Part shown: positions 55,138 to 64,000 of the stretch, piece after piece
Layout: each line of letters starts with the position of its first letter
Numbering within the stretch: the first letter of the stretch is position 1
From: an uncultured virus (IMG/VR IMGVR_UViG_3300023174_000105)
Lineage: Duplodnaviria; Heunggongvirae; Uroviricota; Caudoviricetes
DNA length: 64,000 nucleotides
Virus record (IMG/VR): IMGVR_UViG_3300023174_000105
Direction: 5' to 3' (one strand)
Notes under the pieces: generated by a model
The model's input: the letters and a program-made list of their open reading frames with translations, nothing else
Databases searched by the model: none
What the model was told of the DNA's origin: nothing
Position numbers and translations under genes: made by a program

Positions 55138-55827
55138 ATGGCTAATAATTCTGGTAAACAAGTTCGTAAAGCCCTACTTCTTGAACATCAAAATCCTATT
55201 GAAAATGGTTTCAAGGAAATTAAACCACTAAACGAAATTCAAAGTATCTACCTAGAGGCAATTAAACAAAATGATATTGTTTTTGGTATAGGTAGTGCTG
55301 GTACAGGTAAAACTTATGTAGCAGCTAGTTACGCCGCGGGTTTATTATTTCACAGAAAAATTTCAAAAATTATCCTAACCCGACCAAACGTAGAAACAGG
55401 TCGTGGCATGGGTTTTTTACCAGGCAAAATTGATGATAAATACGCACCGTACTTACAGCCATTTGACGCAGTGTTTACAAAAACCTTAGGTCGCGGATTT
55501 TACGAGTATGCAGTTAAAAGCAAAGATATTGACCCTAGGCCCATTGGATTTATGCGAGGTTCGAGTTTTGAGTATGCTATTGTACTAGTAGACGAAGCGC
55601 AAAATTTGACTAAAACTGAGTTTAAAATGTTGCTGAGCAGGATTGGCAAAGGTTGTAAGATTATTCTTAGCGGTGACCCTAAGCAGGTAGACATTCCGGA
55701 CAGTGGATTGGAGGATAGTGTACGTAGACTACAAGGCATTCCTGGTGTGGAGATTGTAAGATTCTTAGACGAAGACATTGTACGCAGTAAAATGTGTAAA
55801 CAGATTATCCTAGCCTACAACGATTAA
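55138..55827 (+). CDS. phoH: PhoH-family ATPase
   Basis: GSAGTGKT, LTRP, GFLPG, FMRG, VDEAQN, LSRIG, GDPKQ.D, DIVRS; start likely ATG 55138. Confidence 0.95.
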   Translation: MANNSGKQVRKALLLEHQNPIENGFKEIKPLNEIQSIYLEAIKQNDIVFGIGSAGTGKTYVAASYAAGLLFHRKISKIILTRPNVETGRGMGFLPGKIDDKYAPYLQPFDAVFTKTLGRGFYEYAVKSKDIDPRPIGFMRGSSFEYAIVLVDEAQNLTKTEFKMLLSRIGKGCKIILSGDPKQVDIPDSGLEDSVRRLQGIPGVEIVRFLDEDIVRSKMCKQIILAYND

Positions 55828-55828
55828 T

Positions 55829-55867
55829 AAAAAAGCCCCTAAGCATTGCTGCTTAGGGGCTTTTTTG
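55829..55867. terminator. Bidirectional terminator between the convergent late and replication arms
   Basis: AAAAAAGCCCCTAAGCA-TTGC-TGCTTAGGGGCTTTTTT. Confidence 0.92.
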
Positions 55868-55870
55868 TTT

Positions 55871-56062
55871 TTAACCTAACTGTTCAGTGGTTTGTACACT
55901 TTCATCAATGTTTTGATTAATTGTACGACCCGGCATTTGCTGTTTGGCTTGTTCAATTAATTTTTGACTAAGTGGATTGCACACTTTAGCAGGTAGTTCT
56001 TGTAGTCCTGCAAGGATTACGTTAGCTTCGTCTTCGGTTAGTTCAAATTGGAATGTTTTCAT
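55871..56062 (-). CDS. Small hypothetical protein (MKTFQFELTEDEANVILAGLQELPAK...)
   Basis: Start moved to ATG 56062, just after the nrdJ stop. Confidence 0.7.
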   Translation of the reverse strand: MKTFQFELTEDEANVILAGLQELPAKVCNPLSQKLIEQAKQQMPGRTINQNIDESVQTTEQLG

Positions 56063-56072
56063 ATTGTAAAAA

Positions 56073-58034
56073 TTAACGAATGGGACAGGCCCCGGTTGCA
56101 CACTCTGCATCTACAATTTCATCAAAACTATTAGCACCGTCTAATAGCACTGGACCCAATTGAGCTGCATAATCTTTATAAGTACGTTCGTCTACTACTT
56201 CTTGTGGTAAGTATAAATAGCCTAAGTCTTTGGCTGTTTTTGTAGGATCTGTACGGTAGATAAAACTTACGCCTACATAACAATCCCAGTTGTCTAGTAA
56301 CCAGCTAATAATGTGTGGGATCTCACTAGGATCATAGCTAATAGTTACCGACGTATTTTGTTGATTCCACGAAGTTTGCAGTAGTTTATAGCGTTCTAGC
56401 TGTGTAACTGCACTTTCCAAGTTGACTTCTTTGCCATCAACTTTATCAAACACTACACCGTCCCAGCATACTGGAAAGGTAACTAACACGCCGCTATCAT
56501 CTACTGGATGATTAATTACGTGATAGTTTGCTTCGCGTAGTTTTTCTACTACCGGATCGTGTTTTGAAAACTGTACATTGTTGAAAATGTACTTGCCCAA
56601 TGGCTTGTGAACACCCTCGGTAGTGTCCATAATCTTGCTTAGGGTACCAGAGGGCTTAACACAAGTTACATTTTTAGGACTAGGCAATCCTAATTCTTGA
56701 GCCATTCCCACTGCAGCGCTAGTTGCTGTGCGTTTTAAGTATTCGTAGTCATAACTACCCATATCTGGACGCATTGCAATACCTGTTAGGCCTACACCGC
56801 ATAAACGCAAGAAATAGTTGTTAAGGTGCCAACTTTCTTGTAGAATACCGTCTTGCAAGTCAACACAAGTTTGGCGATAGTTAGCACGTGCTGCTAGTCT
56901 GATAGCTGCATGTAGTCCAGCATTGTCGCCTTTAAATTTGGCTAGATCAGTTTCTGTTAAGTTACAAAAGCTCTTGTTGCCCAATAAGATTTCTACACAA
57001 GGATTAGCACCCTTAAACCAAGGTGCACGACGCAGTGCTTCCACAGCATTAATAAATCCTGGCTCACTACCGCCTGCTTCCTGCATTAGCTGAAAGATTT
57101 TTTCTAAATCTTCACGCTGTGGTTTTTCATTAAATACCAGTGAATTATTGCTCTGCGTACGATGCTCGTTGTTGTGTAACCACCAGTCTTTTTTAGCTAC
57201 TGCAAATTCTTCCCACTCAGGCTGACTATAGTCAAAAAGAGCGATTTCAGCACTTCTGCGACTACTAAGAATAGTCCCCAGGTGGTTAATAATGTCCAGA
57301 ATATCCATCCTAGTAAGTAGACTATCAGCACGACCATTAAGGATATTGGCAATAGCAGTATATGCAGCACTAATTGCAGTATCACCTGAAGAAATCCAAC
57401 CATAACCTTTTAACCTCTCACCTGCGGGACGTAACTGGCTAAAATCCAGAACCAGAGTATCAGCGGGATATTTACCAGCCATAAGTTTGCCAATACTTTT
57501 AGCCCATGCTTCTGCACTGTCGCCAATTTGTAGCGTCCAAGTTTTTGTTGTGGCGTCCCAAGTTTCTGTGTTGTACTCATTGCCGCCTTTTTCAGTGCGT
57601 GTGCTACGAACAGTTCGGATATTTTTAATTGGTTTTGAAAATCCATTAAGAGTACCCACAATAGGTTTAAATCCTACTCCGCAACCTTGCAACAACAGCC
57701 ATAACACATCTACTACATCGTATACAGTTTCTACATGAGTAAAGCTACAGTTAAATTGACTAGCCTCACGAGTTTTAGCTACCTGTGTACCACCAAGCCA
57801 TAGTGTACGACCGCTCATCAAAACCTTACGATCCAGCATTAGCTGCTCTAAGTCATACAATTCTGCGTATTCTACATCATTCAATTCACGATTGAGTGCA
57901 CGTTCCCACAACCATGCTTGATGGTCGATTACACGGGCAACTGTTTCTTGCCAAGTTTCAAATTGTTTTCCGTCGTCTGAAATCGGCCTGTTATAGGTAC
58001 GACGCGTAATTACTTGGGCTCTTGTACTAACCAT
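56073..58034 (-). CDS. nrdJ: Class II (adenosylcobalamin-dependent) ribonucleotide reductase, monomeric type
   Basis: RRTYNR, GRTLWLGG, FNCSF, GANPCVEI, FCNLTE, TCVKPSGT and C-terminal CATGACPIR; no beta-subunit gene adjacent. Confidence 0.9.
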   Translation of the reverse strand: MVSTRAQVITRRTYNRPISDDGKQFETWQETVARVIDHQAWLWERALNRELNDVEYAELYDLEQLMLDRKVLMSGRTLWLGGTQVAKTREASQFNCSFTHVETVYDVVDVLWLLLQGCGVGFKPIVGTLNGFSKPIKNIRTVRSTRTEKGGNEYNTETWDATTKTWTLQIGDSAEAWAKSIGKLMAGKYPADTLVLDFSQLRPAGERLKGYGWISSGDTAISAAYTAIANILNGRADSLLTRMDILDIINHLGTILSSRRSAEIALFDYSQPEWEEFAVAKKDWWLHNNEHRTQSNNSLVFNEKPQREDLEKIFQLMQEAGGSEPGFINAVEALRRAPWFKGANPCVEILLGNKSFCNLTETDLAKFKGDNAGLHAAIRLAARANYRQTCVDLQDGILQESWHLNNYFLRLCGVGLTGIAMRPDMGSYDYEYLKRTATSAAVGMAQELGLPSPKNVTCVKPSGTLSKIMDTTEGVHKPLGKYIFNNVQFSKHDPVVEKLREANYHVINHPVDDSGVLVTFPVCWDGVVFDKVDGKEVNLESAVTQLERYKLLQTSWNQQNTSVTISYDPSEIPHIISWLLDNWDCYVGVSFIYRTDPTKTAKDLGYLYLPQEVVDERTYKDYAAQLGPVLLDGANSFDEIVDAECATGACPIR

Positions 58035-58035
58035 A

Positions 58036-58881
58036 TCAATCCTTACAATAATCTTTTAAAATTTCATCTATTTGTTTGGTGTTTTCACCTAGTGCATCCT
58101 TGCAAAAGGTGACTAAGTCCATAAGTTGATAGTTGAGTAAAATTCTATCGCCACTCTGATTTAGTGTTTTAATATATTTTAGTTTACTTTGAATAGGCAA
58201 TTCTGCTACTATATCTAGTGCAGTACCATACTCACTAATTAATTGTTGAGCACGTTTTGGACCAATGCCCTCTACTCCTAATACATTATCTCCACTATCG
58301 CCCATTAAGCATTTTATAGAAATATAATGCTCGTGCGGAAAGTCATAGTGAGTATGCCAGTTATTAGCAGTAACTTCTTTGCGGGTTACATAGCTAAATC
58401 TACTTACTTTTTCACCTACTAGCAAGTCCCAGTCTTTATCACTTGAAATCATCCATACGTGATCAATAGGTAACAAATGATGAATACTAGCAATATATGC
58501 AACAATGTCGTCAGCCTCAGTTTGTTTAAATTGTATAACTGGATAGTTTGTAGTTGCGCGAATATTATCTAGGCTCGCCTGATAGTCCTCAAAAAACAAT
58601 TCAAAAGCAGCACGTTCAGCATCGGTTTGTTCAGCAAATTTATCTTTACGATTTTGCTTGTATTCAGGATAGATTGCTTTGCGATAGCTGCTTGATCCCT
58701 GATCTGCCGCAACGACAACCCACTTGGCTTTATAACTTTTCTTTAGACTTTCTATAGTGCGTTTGTAGTCTTCAGCAAAATCCGTAGCACCGCTATGTTT
58801 CCAGCGAAAAGCTAAGTTTAATGCATCTACTACCATTAAGCAGTTTTCTTGTTCTGTAACTTGTTGAAATGTTTTACTCAT
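58036..58881 (-). CDS. Flap endonuclease / 5'-3' exonuclease (T5 D15-like)
   Basis: VDALNLAFR, YRK.IYPEYKQNR, EADD, SSDKDWD, GDSGDNV.GV.GIGPKRA. Confidence 0.93.
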   Translation of the reverse strand: MSKTFQQVTEQENCLMVVDALNLAFRWKHSGATDFAEDYKRTIESLKKSYKAKWVVVAADQGSSSYRKAIYPEYKQNRKDKFAEQTDAERAAFELFFEDYQASLDNIRATTNYPVIQFKQTEADDIVAYIASIHHLLPIDHVWMISSDKDWDLLVGEKVSRFSYVTRKEVTANNWHTHYDFPHEHYISIKCLMGDSGDNVLGVEGIGPKRAQQLISEYGTALDIVAELPIQSKLKYIKTLNQSGDRILLNYQLMDLVTFCKDALGENTKQIDEILKDYCKD

Positions 58882-58882
58882 G

Positions 58883-59179
58883 TTATCCTGCGGTTAGTAG
58901 TCTTATAAAGCCAAATAGGTCAATGGAGACGAGCAATAAGTAGTTAGCAAGCATACCAAATGAACGACGAGACCAAGCACACCAGGCATAGATAGTACAA
59001 CCAGTAATCCAAGCGGGATAAAGAGCCACAAGTGGAGGGTTTGGTACTGTTCCAGCCATGATAATAGCACACCCAATACTAAGAGCCCAAGCAACCAGCT
59101 CCATAGTAAACCTGTAACGATTGGATTTATAATCATTGTATATCCAGTCTAGTGTTGGCTTTATTAAAATATTTTTCAT
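58883..59179 (-). CDS. Small three-TM membrane protein
   Basis: Hydrophobic helices; own promoter directly upstream. Confidence 0.75.
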   Translation of the reverse strand: MKNILIKPTLDWIYNDYKSNRYRFTMELVAWALSIGCAIIMAGTVPNPPLVALYPAWITGCTIYAWCAWSRRSFGMLANYLLLVSIDLFGFIRLLTAG

Positions 59180-59184
59180 CTAAT

Positions 59185-59213
59185 ATTATACTAAAATTCA
59201 GCGGTTAAGTCAA
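59185..59213 (-). promoter_or_regulatory. Leftward sigma70 promoter
   Basis: Minus strand TTGACT-N17-TATAAT; the ATG follows 5 nt after the -10 box. Confidence 0.75.
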
Positions 59214-59668
59214 GTGACAAATTGTGGCTGCTCAAAAGTCAACCAGTCTTCTAACAGTGCAACATAAAAACTATGTGGTTGTCTGTACACATAAAAGTGA
59301 TGATAGTTTTCTGGTATACAGTAGTCACTGCTAAATGCTACAAATATTTTACTGCGATCATGTTTAAAAGTTAACAGTGGTAGTTTATTAACTTGTTTAG
59401 CTTGACGAATAGTTTGTTGCCAAAATTCTAGTAATTGTGGAGTCTTAGATGATAATACCGCGCTAGTTAGGTGATCGTCTGCGTATCCTTTAGCTTCTAC
59501 ACAAAAAGTATTGCTATAGTTAGGAACGTAAAGATCGCCTTTTAATCCATGTTTTTCATCTAATGCACCTGAACCAGGAACCCTTTCCCACCCTAAACGG
59601 GTGTGTTTACGAAGAAGATCCCTGATTACTATTTCAGTTCTAGCGCCTTTAGCTCTAGAGTCAACCAT
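59210..59668 (-). CDS. T5 D14-like PD-(D/E)xK nuclease (Holliday-junction resolvase-like)
   Basis: DSRAKGAR.E...WERVPGSGA...KGDL...VEAK...WQQ. Confidence 0.85.
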   Translation of the reverse strand: MVDSRAKGARTEIVIRDLLRKHTRLGWERVPGSGALDEKHGLKGDLYVPNYSNTFCVEAKGYADDHLTSAVLSSKTPQLLEFWQQTIRQAKQVNKLPLLTFKHDRSKIFVAFSSDYCIPENYHHFYVYRQPHSFYVALLEDWLTFEQPQFVT

Positions 59669-59931
59669 TACTTAGTAGTTGTTGACTCTACAGATTTTGC
59701 AGCAGGTATAGAAACTTCAGCTGTTGAAGGCTGTGGTAAGTGTGCTTCAATATCTACTCCGCAAACTTCTCCAGTGCAATTTTGATCAATTCTATAGATC
59801 AATTTATCGCCATAGACTTTTAGCGTAGCCAACTGTTCCTCAGTAAGGTGATCGCCTACAAAAAGTTCTGTTTCCCTGCCATCAATAACTGCAGTAGCTT
59901 TGGCATTAATTACGTGTTCGATTTTATACAT
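59668..59931 (-). CDS. Hypothetical protein (MYKIEHVINAK...)
   Basis: Start moved to ATG 59931 (GAGG SD at the end of the D13-like gene); coupled to the D14-like gene. Confidence 0.65.
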   Translation of the reverse strand: MYKIEHVINAKATAVIDGRETELFVGDHLTEEQLATLKVYGDKLIYRIDQNCTGEVCGVDIEAHLPQPSTAEVSIPAAKSVESTTTK

Positions 59932-59935
59932 ATTA

Positions 59936-61732
59936 TTATCCCTCGATTGTTGAAATGTTGTTGCGTTTAACAACGTGTACCTTTTCCAATAGTGGGTGAC
60001 TGAATCCGTGACTAACGAGTATGGTATTGAGCGATTCTTCTTTGAGTAAGACTTCAATCAATTTCTCCTTACCGTCTACGTCTAGGGCTTCAATAGTTTC
60101 GTCCAAGATTAGCAAGTTAATTCTACTGTGACTTAAACTTTGCATTAGCTTTCTGATTGCTAATAGTGTTGCCACATTAACCCTGGCTCGTTCACCCCCG
60201 CTAAGAGCTAAGATATCAATATCTGTTCCATTATCGGTAATAACAACATTTAATTTGTCACTGCCGCTAATCTGAAAACTGATTTGAAATCTACCACCGC
60301 TCAATTCGCCTAGATATTCATTACTAATACCCTCTAGGTCTTTAACAAGATTTTCAATTTTATATGCTACTAAACCTGTAGTACTAAAAGTTTTTACTAG
60401 TGTATTTATAGTATTTAGTTTTGCAGTTAATTGATTAGCCTTTGCAGTCCATTCAGCAAGTTCCGTTTCCATTTCAACTATTTGTGATTTTATCAACTCT
60501 AGTCGATTGTTATGAATAGTAACTTCTTGATTATGTTTTTCTGCTGTAACAATATCTTGTTTTGTTTTTGCTATTTGCTGTTGCAAATCTTTTAATTGTT
60601 TTTGTAATATTGCCTCATCCAATAGATTTTCGGGTAGTTCTGTATCGATTAGCTGATGATATTTTTCCCAGTCTTCTTGATTGCGTTGTGCTGTATTCCA
60701 GTTGCTTAATTCTTCTTGATAAGTTTTAATTTTTGCAGTTTCGCGATCTACTTGTGCCTTAGCTACTAGGATAATTCCATCCTGTTCTGCAACTAAGTTT
60801 TTAGTTTTTTCACTGTCAATAGCCTGTAGGCAAGTAGGACAGTTGCCATGCAGGGCTGTCATCTTCTTTTTGAATAGGGTAGCGTCCTGAATAGTTTTAT
60901 CGTATTCAGCTTTTTTACTTACTGCTACGCTTATGTCACCATCAGGTTTGTTGGGCACTGGTAGTAGGTTGATTTTATCTTTTAGCTGCCTATAAGTATT
61001 ATTTTGCGTAATTTTTTTATTAGTTTTTTCTATATCTTGAATAGTAGTTGAAAGTCTACTAGCCTCTGCAACTAGACTATCATCTAAAACCGAAACCGGA
61101 GTATAACCTTTTGGCTCAAAATTTGTTTTGCTATATTTAGCAATCCACTGCTGAATAGTACCCAGTTTAGCTTGTGCTTCTGTAAGGTCTTTACCTACTT
61201 CCGCAGCCGCCTGTTTAAATACTTCTCCAGCTTGTGTGTACTTGCCTAAGTTAAGCAGTTCAATTAAAAACTTCTTTCTAGCAGTATCAGCACTGGTTAA
61301 AAACTCCAAGCTACCTGCGTGTGATTGATAAACAATCTGCGAAAAGGTTTTATGATCTATCCCAATAAGCTGTTCTATTAGTTTATAGGTAGTAGTAGCC
61401 GTATGCCCACTAACGTCTTCTAGACCTTTGTAAAGCTTTACTTGTTGTTGTGTACCACGTTTGCTTTCAATCCTATACTCGCAACCATCTTTGTCAAATA
61501 CTAATTCAATTTGATATTGCTTGTCTTTGATGTATCGGTTTAGGATATCGCCTTTTTTAATGCCTTTGCTGTTTTTGTTGAATAAAACTTCTTCTAGGAT
61601 TAGTGCAATGCTACTCTTACCATGACCGTTTTTACCCACAAGCTGAATAAGTGGACTAGTGGTAAAATCAATCTTGTTGCTTAAACCATAGCTAAAAGCA
61701 TTAGACCACGTTAATTGTTTTAGTATAATCAT
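59936..61732 (-). CDS. SbcC/Rad50-like ATPase (T5 D13-like)
   Basis: GKNGHGKS, zinc hook CPTC, LSGGE signature, LILDE Walker B, SH. Confidence 0.93.
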   Translation of the reverse strand: MIILKQLTWSNAFSYGLSNKIDFTTSPLIQLVGKNGHGKSSIALILEEVLFNKNSKGIKKGDILNRYIKDKQYQIELVFDKDGCEYRIESKRGTQQQVKLYKGLEDVSGHTATTTYKLIEQLIGIDHKTFSQIVYQSHAGSLEFLTSADTARKKFLIELLNLGKYTQAGEVFKQAAAEVGKDLTEAQAKLGTIQQWIAKYSKTNFEPKGYTPVSVLDDSLVAEASRLSTTIQDIEKTNKKITQNNTYRQLKDKINLLPVPNKPDGDISVAVSKKAEYDKTIQDATLFKKKMTALHGNCPTCLQAIDSEKTKNLVAEQDGIILVAKAQVDRETAKIKTYQEELSNWNTAQRNQEDWEKYHQLIDTELPENLLDEAILQKQLKDLQQQIAKTKQDIVTAEKHNQEVTIHNNRLELIKSQIVEMETELAEWTAKANQLTAKLNTINTLVKTFSTTGLVAYKIENLVKDLEGISNEYLGELSGGRFQISFQISGSDKLNVVITDNGTDIDILALSGGERARVNVATLLAIRKLMQSLSHSRINLLILDETIEALDVDGKEKLIEVLLKEESLNTILVSHGFSHPLLEKVHVVKRNNISTIEG

Positions 61733-62679
61733 TCTAGCTTATCCGCGTAATTGTAAAATTCTTTTAGTGTTTCAGTAACCGCGGATTCATTAAGTTGTAG
61801 AATATAGGTTAAGTACTCACGTACTTCTTCGCCTAGGCTAAGTTCTGGATCTAGGATTAGCTGAGTTTCCTGTGCACGTTTAACTACCTTTTTGTCGATT
61901 AAGTCGCTGTCTTCTAGCTGCCCTAATTCATGCAAGTCGCCTTCAATTTCATAAACAGTATGATGAAATAGGGTCTGCGGTTTAGGGTCATGTACACCTA
62001 CGGTTTGCTTAATAAGTTGTGGTAATTCAAAAGGCAACCACATATGCGTTAAACTATCACAATCTAGTAAAACAGCGCCCGTATCAACCCTGCTACGATG
62101 AAAGCTAGTAGTATAAGGGCTGCCTGGATATATAATATTTCTTTGTGAGTTCTCATAGCTGTGCAAATCTCCTGCTAATACCTTTTGCCAACGATCAAAT
62201 AATGTTAAGTCAATTTCCGGTTTAACGTGTGGTGGAATTTCCCCGCGAACATGAGTACAAAGAATCTTTTCTTGAAAAGTGTACTTTGTAGTTTCTAGTT
62301 CTTTTAGTTTATTGTAGGGCACAAAATCAATGCCATGTCTGGTATAAAAGTCATCTACAATAGTTACTAATGGATTGATTCTAGTAGTAGCACGTTTTAA
62401 ATAGCTTAAGAATGTAGTATCTTTTTTAAGCATTTCATGATTGCCAGGGTAGAGTATGCACTCTACATCAATACTAGCAATTAAGTCAAAGTATAACTCA
62501 ACCTCGTCCATAGTAGGTAAGCGGTCAAATATATCACCGCCTAAAACTACTAGGTCAGCATGCTGCTGCATCTTTTTAAATTGTTCTGTAAATAACTGAA
62601 ATCTATTTTTAGCCCAATCAATAGGCACATTTTTCTGACCCAGTTTTATATGTATATCTGCTGTGAATAATATTTGCAT
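61729..62679 (-). CDS. SbcD/Mre11-like nuclease (T5 D12-like)
   Basis: ADIH, GGDIFD, GNHE, THVRG, GDLH, YPGSP. Confidence 0.93.
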   Translation of the reverse strand: MQILFTADIHIKLGQKNVPIDWAKNRFQLFTEQFKKMQQHADLVVLGGDIFDRLPTMDEVELYFDLIASIDVECILYPGNHEMLKKDTTFLSYLKRATTRINPLVTIVDDFYTRHGIDFVPYNKLKELETTKYTFQEKILCTHVRGEIPPHVKPEIDLTLFDRWQKVLAGDLHSYENSQRNIIYPGSPYTTSFHRSRVDTGAVLLDCDSLTHMWLPFELPQLIKQTVGVHDPKPQTLFHHTVYEIEGDLHELGQLEDSDLIDKKVVKRAQETQLILDPELSLGEEVREYLTYILQLNESAVTETLKEFYNYADKLE

Positions 62680-62696
62680 TTTGCACCAGACAAAAT

Positions 62697-62727
62697 AGCC
62701 CGCTAAAGTATTAGCTTTAGCGGGCTT
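62697..62727 (-). terminator. Intrinsic terminator after the D11-like gene
   Basis: AGCCCGCTAAAG-N6-CTTTAGCGGGCT followed by ATTTT on the minus strand. Confidence 0.75.
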
Positions 62728-62732
62728 TGTGT

Positions 62733-63368
62733 TTAACCTAGCTCTTTTACAGCTTCTTGATCGTTTTGAGACTGCTCTTCTTCTACGCCAGCTTGTAGTT
62801 TTTCAAGTAGTGCTTTAATTTCATCAGGATTTGCACGAGGATATTTTTCGTCAATAGGCAGTGCTTTTTCTGCTAGTTCAAGTTCTTGAGCATTAAGAGC
62901 ACGCTGTTTGCAACGTAGTACTTGTAGTGTGTATTCTACGTTATATGCTAGTGGACCAGTTTTTACTCTGCGAAATACTACGTCCCAACCAGTTTCTGGA
63001 TCAGTAGGATCACCCAAGTCTTCTGCTGCTGTAAGAATCTGTTCAAATAGTTTCTTTTTAAGATTAAGTACCTTTACTTTACCTTCTTTAGGGTCAATGC
63101 AGTTAACTGCATAACTCCAGCTGCAACGAAGATCTTGATGAAATTCAGGAACCCAATCTTTTTCTAGATTGTCAAATTTCTCTTTGTCACGACTAAAAGC
63201 AAGACACTCAATAGGAATGTCCTTATTATTAGTACCTTTGACCCAGTAGACATAGCGTGGTAATACCCCGCCAATTAAGCGAACAGTATTTTCACCGTCT
63301 TTGTACTCGTAGCTTTCAACTGAGCTTTTTTGTGCGCGACCTTTGGTTTGCTTAAAGGTTAGTGCCAT
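62733..63368 (-). CDS. T5 D11-like single-stranded DNA-binding protein
   Basis: G.N.VRL.G.VLPRYVYW...ECL.F...LKKKLFEQI...DPTD..TGWD..F...KTGP..NVEY; acidic tail; synteny. Confidence 0.82.
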   Translation of the reverse strand: MALTFKQTKGRAQKSSVESYEYKDGENTVRLIGGVLPRYVYWVKGTNNKDIPIECLAFSRDKEKFDNLEKDWVPEFHQDLRCSWSYAVNCIDPKEGKVKVLNLKKKLFEQILTAAEDLGDPTDPETGWDVVFRRVKTGPLAYNVEYTLQVLRCKQRALNAQELELAEKALPIDEKYPRANPDEIKALLEKLQAGVEEEQSQNDQEAVKELG

Positions 63369-63370
63369 TT

Positions 63371-63757
63371 TTAAGTTTCCTCGTGTATAAATTTAATTTG
63401 TTTGTTTGCAATAATTAAAAGCGGGTTTGATTTTATGTTGTTTAAATCAACGTCAGGATATAGTGTTAAGTCTACAGATTTAATCTGATAGGTTTTATAT
63501 AAACCGTAATTTCTTAATGCAGCTAATCTAATGTACTGTGCTCTATATGCTGAGTCTATGCCCGTGTGTTTAAAAAACGGTTCAGGGTTTAGTAAAAAAC
63601 TACTGCCTGCCCGCAGTCTCCGCAGTGGCTTGTATTTTTCGTGTTTGTTTTTTGGTATAGTTACGCCTCGGTAAAATTTGTATAAGGCTTCAACCATGTA
63701 TTCAGAGTTACCTAGTGTATCCTGAAGCAAAACATCAAAGTTAAAAAATAAAGTCAT
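63371..63757 (-). CDS. T5-like hypothetical protein between helicase and D11
   Basis: G.SFLLN...Y..LA..RNY..Y pattern; synteny. Confidence 0.7.
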   Translation of the reverse strand: MTLFFNFDVLLQDTLGNSEYMVEALYKFYRGVTIPKNKHEKYKPLRRLRAGSSFLLNPEPFFKHTGIDSAYRAQYIRLAALRNYGLYKTYQIKSVDLTLYPDVDLNNIKSNPLLIIANKQIKFIHEET

Positions 63758-63776
63758 TATTAGGATTTAAGAATAT

Positions 63777-63805
63777 ATTATATCATAGTATGTATGGATT
63801 TACAA
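63777..63805 (-). promoter_or_regulatory. Leftward sigma70 promoter
   Basis: Minus strand TTGTAA-N17-TATAAT with a TG extension. Confidence 0.75.
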
Positions 63806-63815
63806 GTGTAAATTT

Positions 63816-64000
63816 TTATACCAGTTCAATGTCCCAGCCTTTACGCATATAAAATCCAAGCCTATCCCTGTTTTGTTTTTTATCCATAAAACCTGAAAAT
63901 TGCATATCTAAGACTACTGGTTGTAGTTTATCCTCATGTTGACGCTGAATTCTGCCAACAATCTGTTCTAGTAAGCTATCATTTGCAATAGGTACGGCTA
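63816..64000 (-). CDS. SF2 helicase C-terminus (T5 D10-like; truncated by window edge)
   Basis: Hand translation ...AVPIANDSLLEQIVGRIQR...RLGFYMRKGWDIELV*; motif VI QxxGRxxR. Confidence 0.8.
   Translation of the reverse strand, partial: AVPIANDSLLEQIVGRIQRQHEDKLQPVVLDMQFSGFMDKKQNRDRLGFYMRKGWDIELV

Noticed and set aside
6943..58034. Introns or inteins in terL or nrdJ; stop-codon reassignment
   Set aside because: Both genes are uninterrupted and of normal length; genes are full-length in the standard code, and TAG, TGA and TAA all serve as stops.
6718..63114. Many short opposite-strand or alternate-frame ORFs inside long genes (e.g. 17520..17996, 30518..31027, 37206..37628, 48365..48748)
   Set aside because: Fully nested in well-supported CDSs; expected from biased codon usage.
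1..64000. tRNA/rRNA genes, integrase, transposase or prophage boundaries
   Set aside because: None recognised; intergenic gaps are short and explained by promoters or terminators. A tRNAscan-SE/Infernal run would be needed for certainty.

Overview
The whole window is part of a lytic, T5-like (Demerecviridae-type) siphophage genome of a Gram-negative host (it encodes an i-spanin/o-spanin pair). I see no host chromosome, integrase, tRNA, rRNA or CRISPR array. Layout: (1) 1-3.9 kb, leftward 'pre-early'-type small genes (DEDD exonuclease, HAD phosphatase, SprT-like protease, T5 A2-like protein), separated by five copies of a palindrome-dense repeat that carries seven rightward sigma70 promoters with no gene to transcribe. 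(2) 4.2-8.2 kb, an operon with a PlcP-like metallophosphoesterase and an Agt-like GT4 glycosyltransferase coupled to terS/terL. (3) 8.3-32.8 kb, Dps, nicking HNH nuclease, portal, fused protease-capsid gene, T5-like neck and tail tube, tape measure, a lambda-type tail tip and a chaperone-capped fibre. (4) 32.9-53.5 kb, a ~21 kb block of repeat-rich, Gly-rich, LamG/SPRY fibre or adhesin genes. (5) 53.5-55.8 kb, spanins, a membrane-domain/endolysin gene split at a C-CCA-AAG slippery site, and phoH. (6) 55.9-64 kb, leftward nrdJ and T5 D15-D14-D13-D12-D11-D10-like replication/recombination genes. Best candidates for new biology: the phage-borne phospholipid-remodelling module, the promoter/palindrome (possible small-RNA) array, and the frameshift-joined membrane anchor-endolysin. 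All family calls come from motif recognition and synteny by eye; no database search was run.
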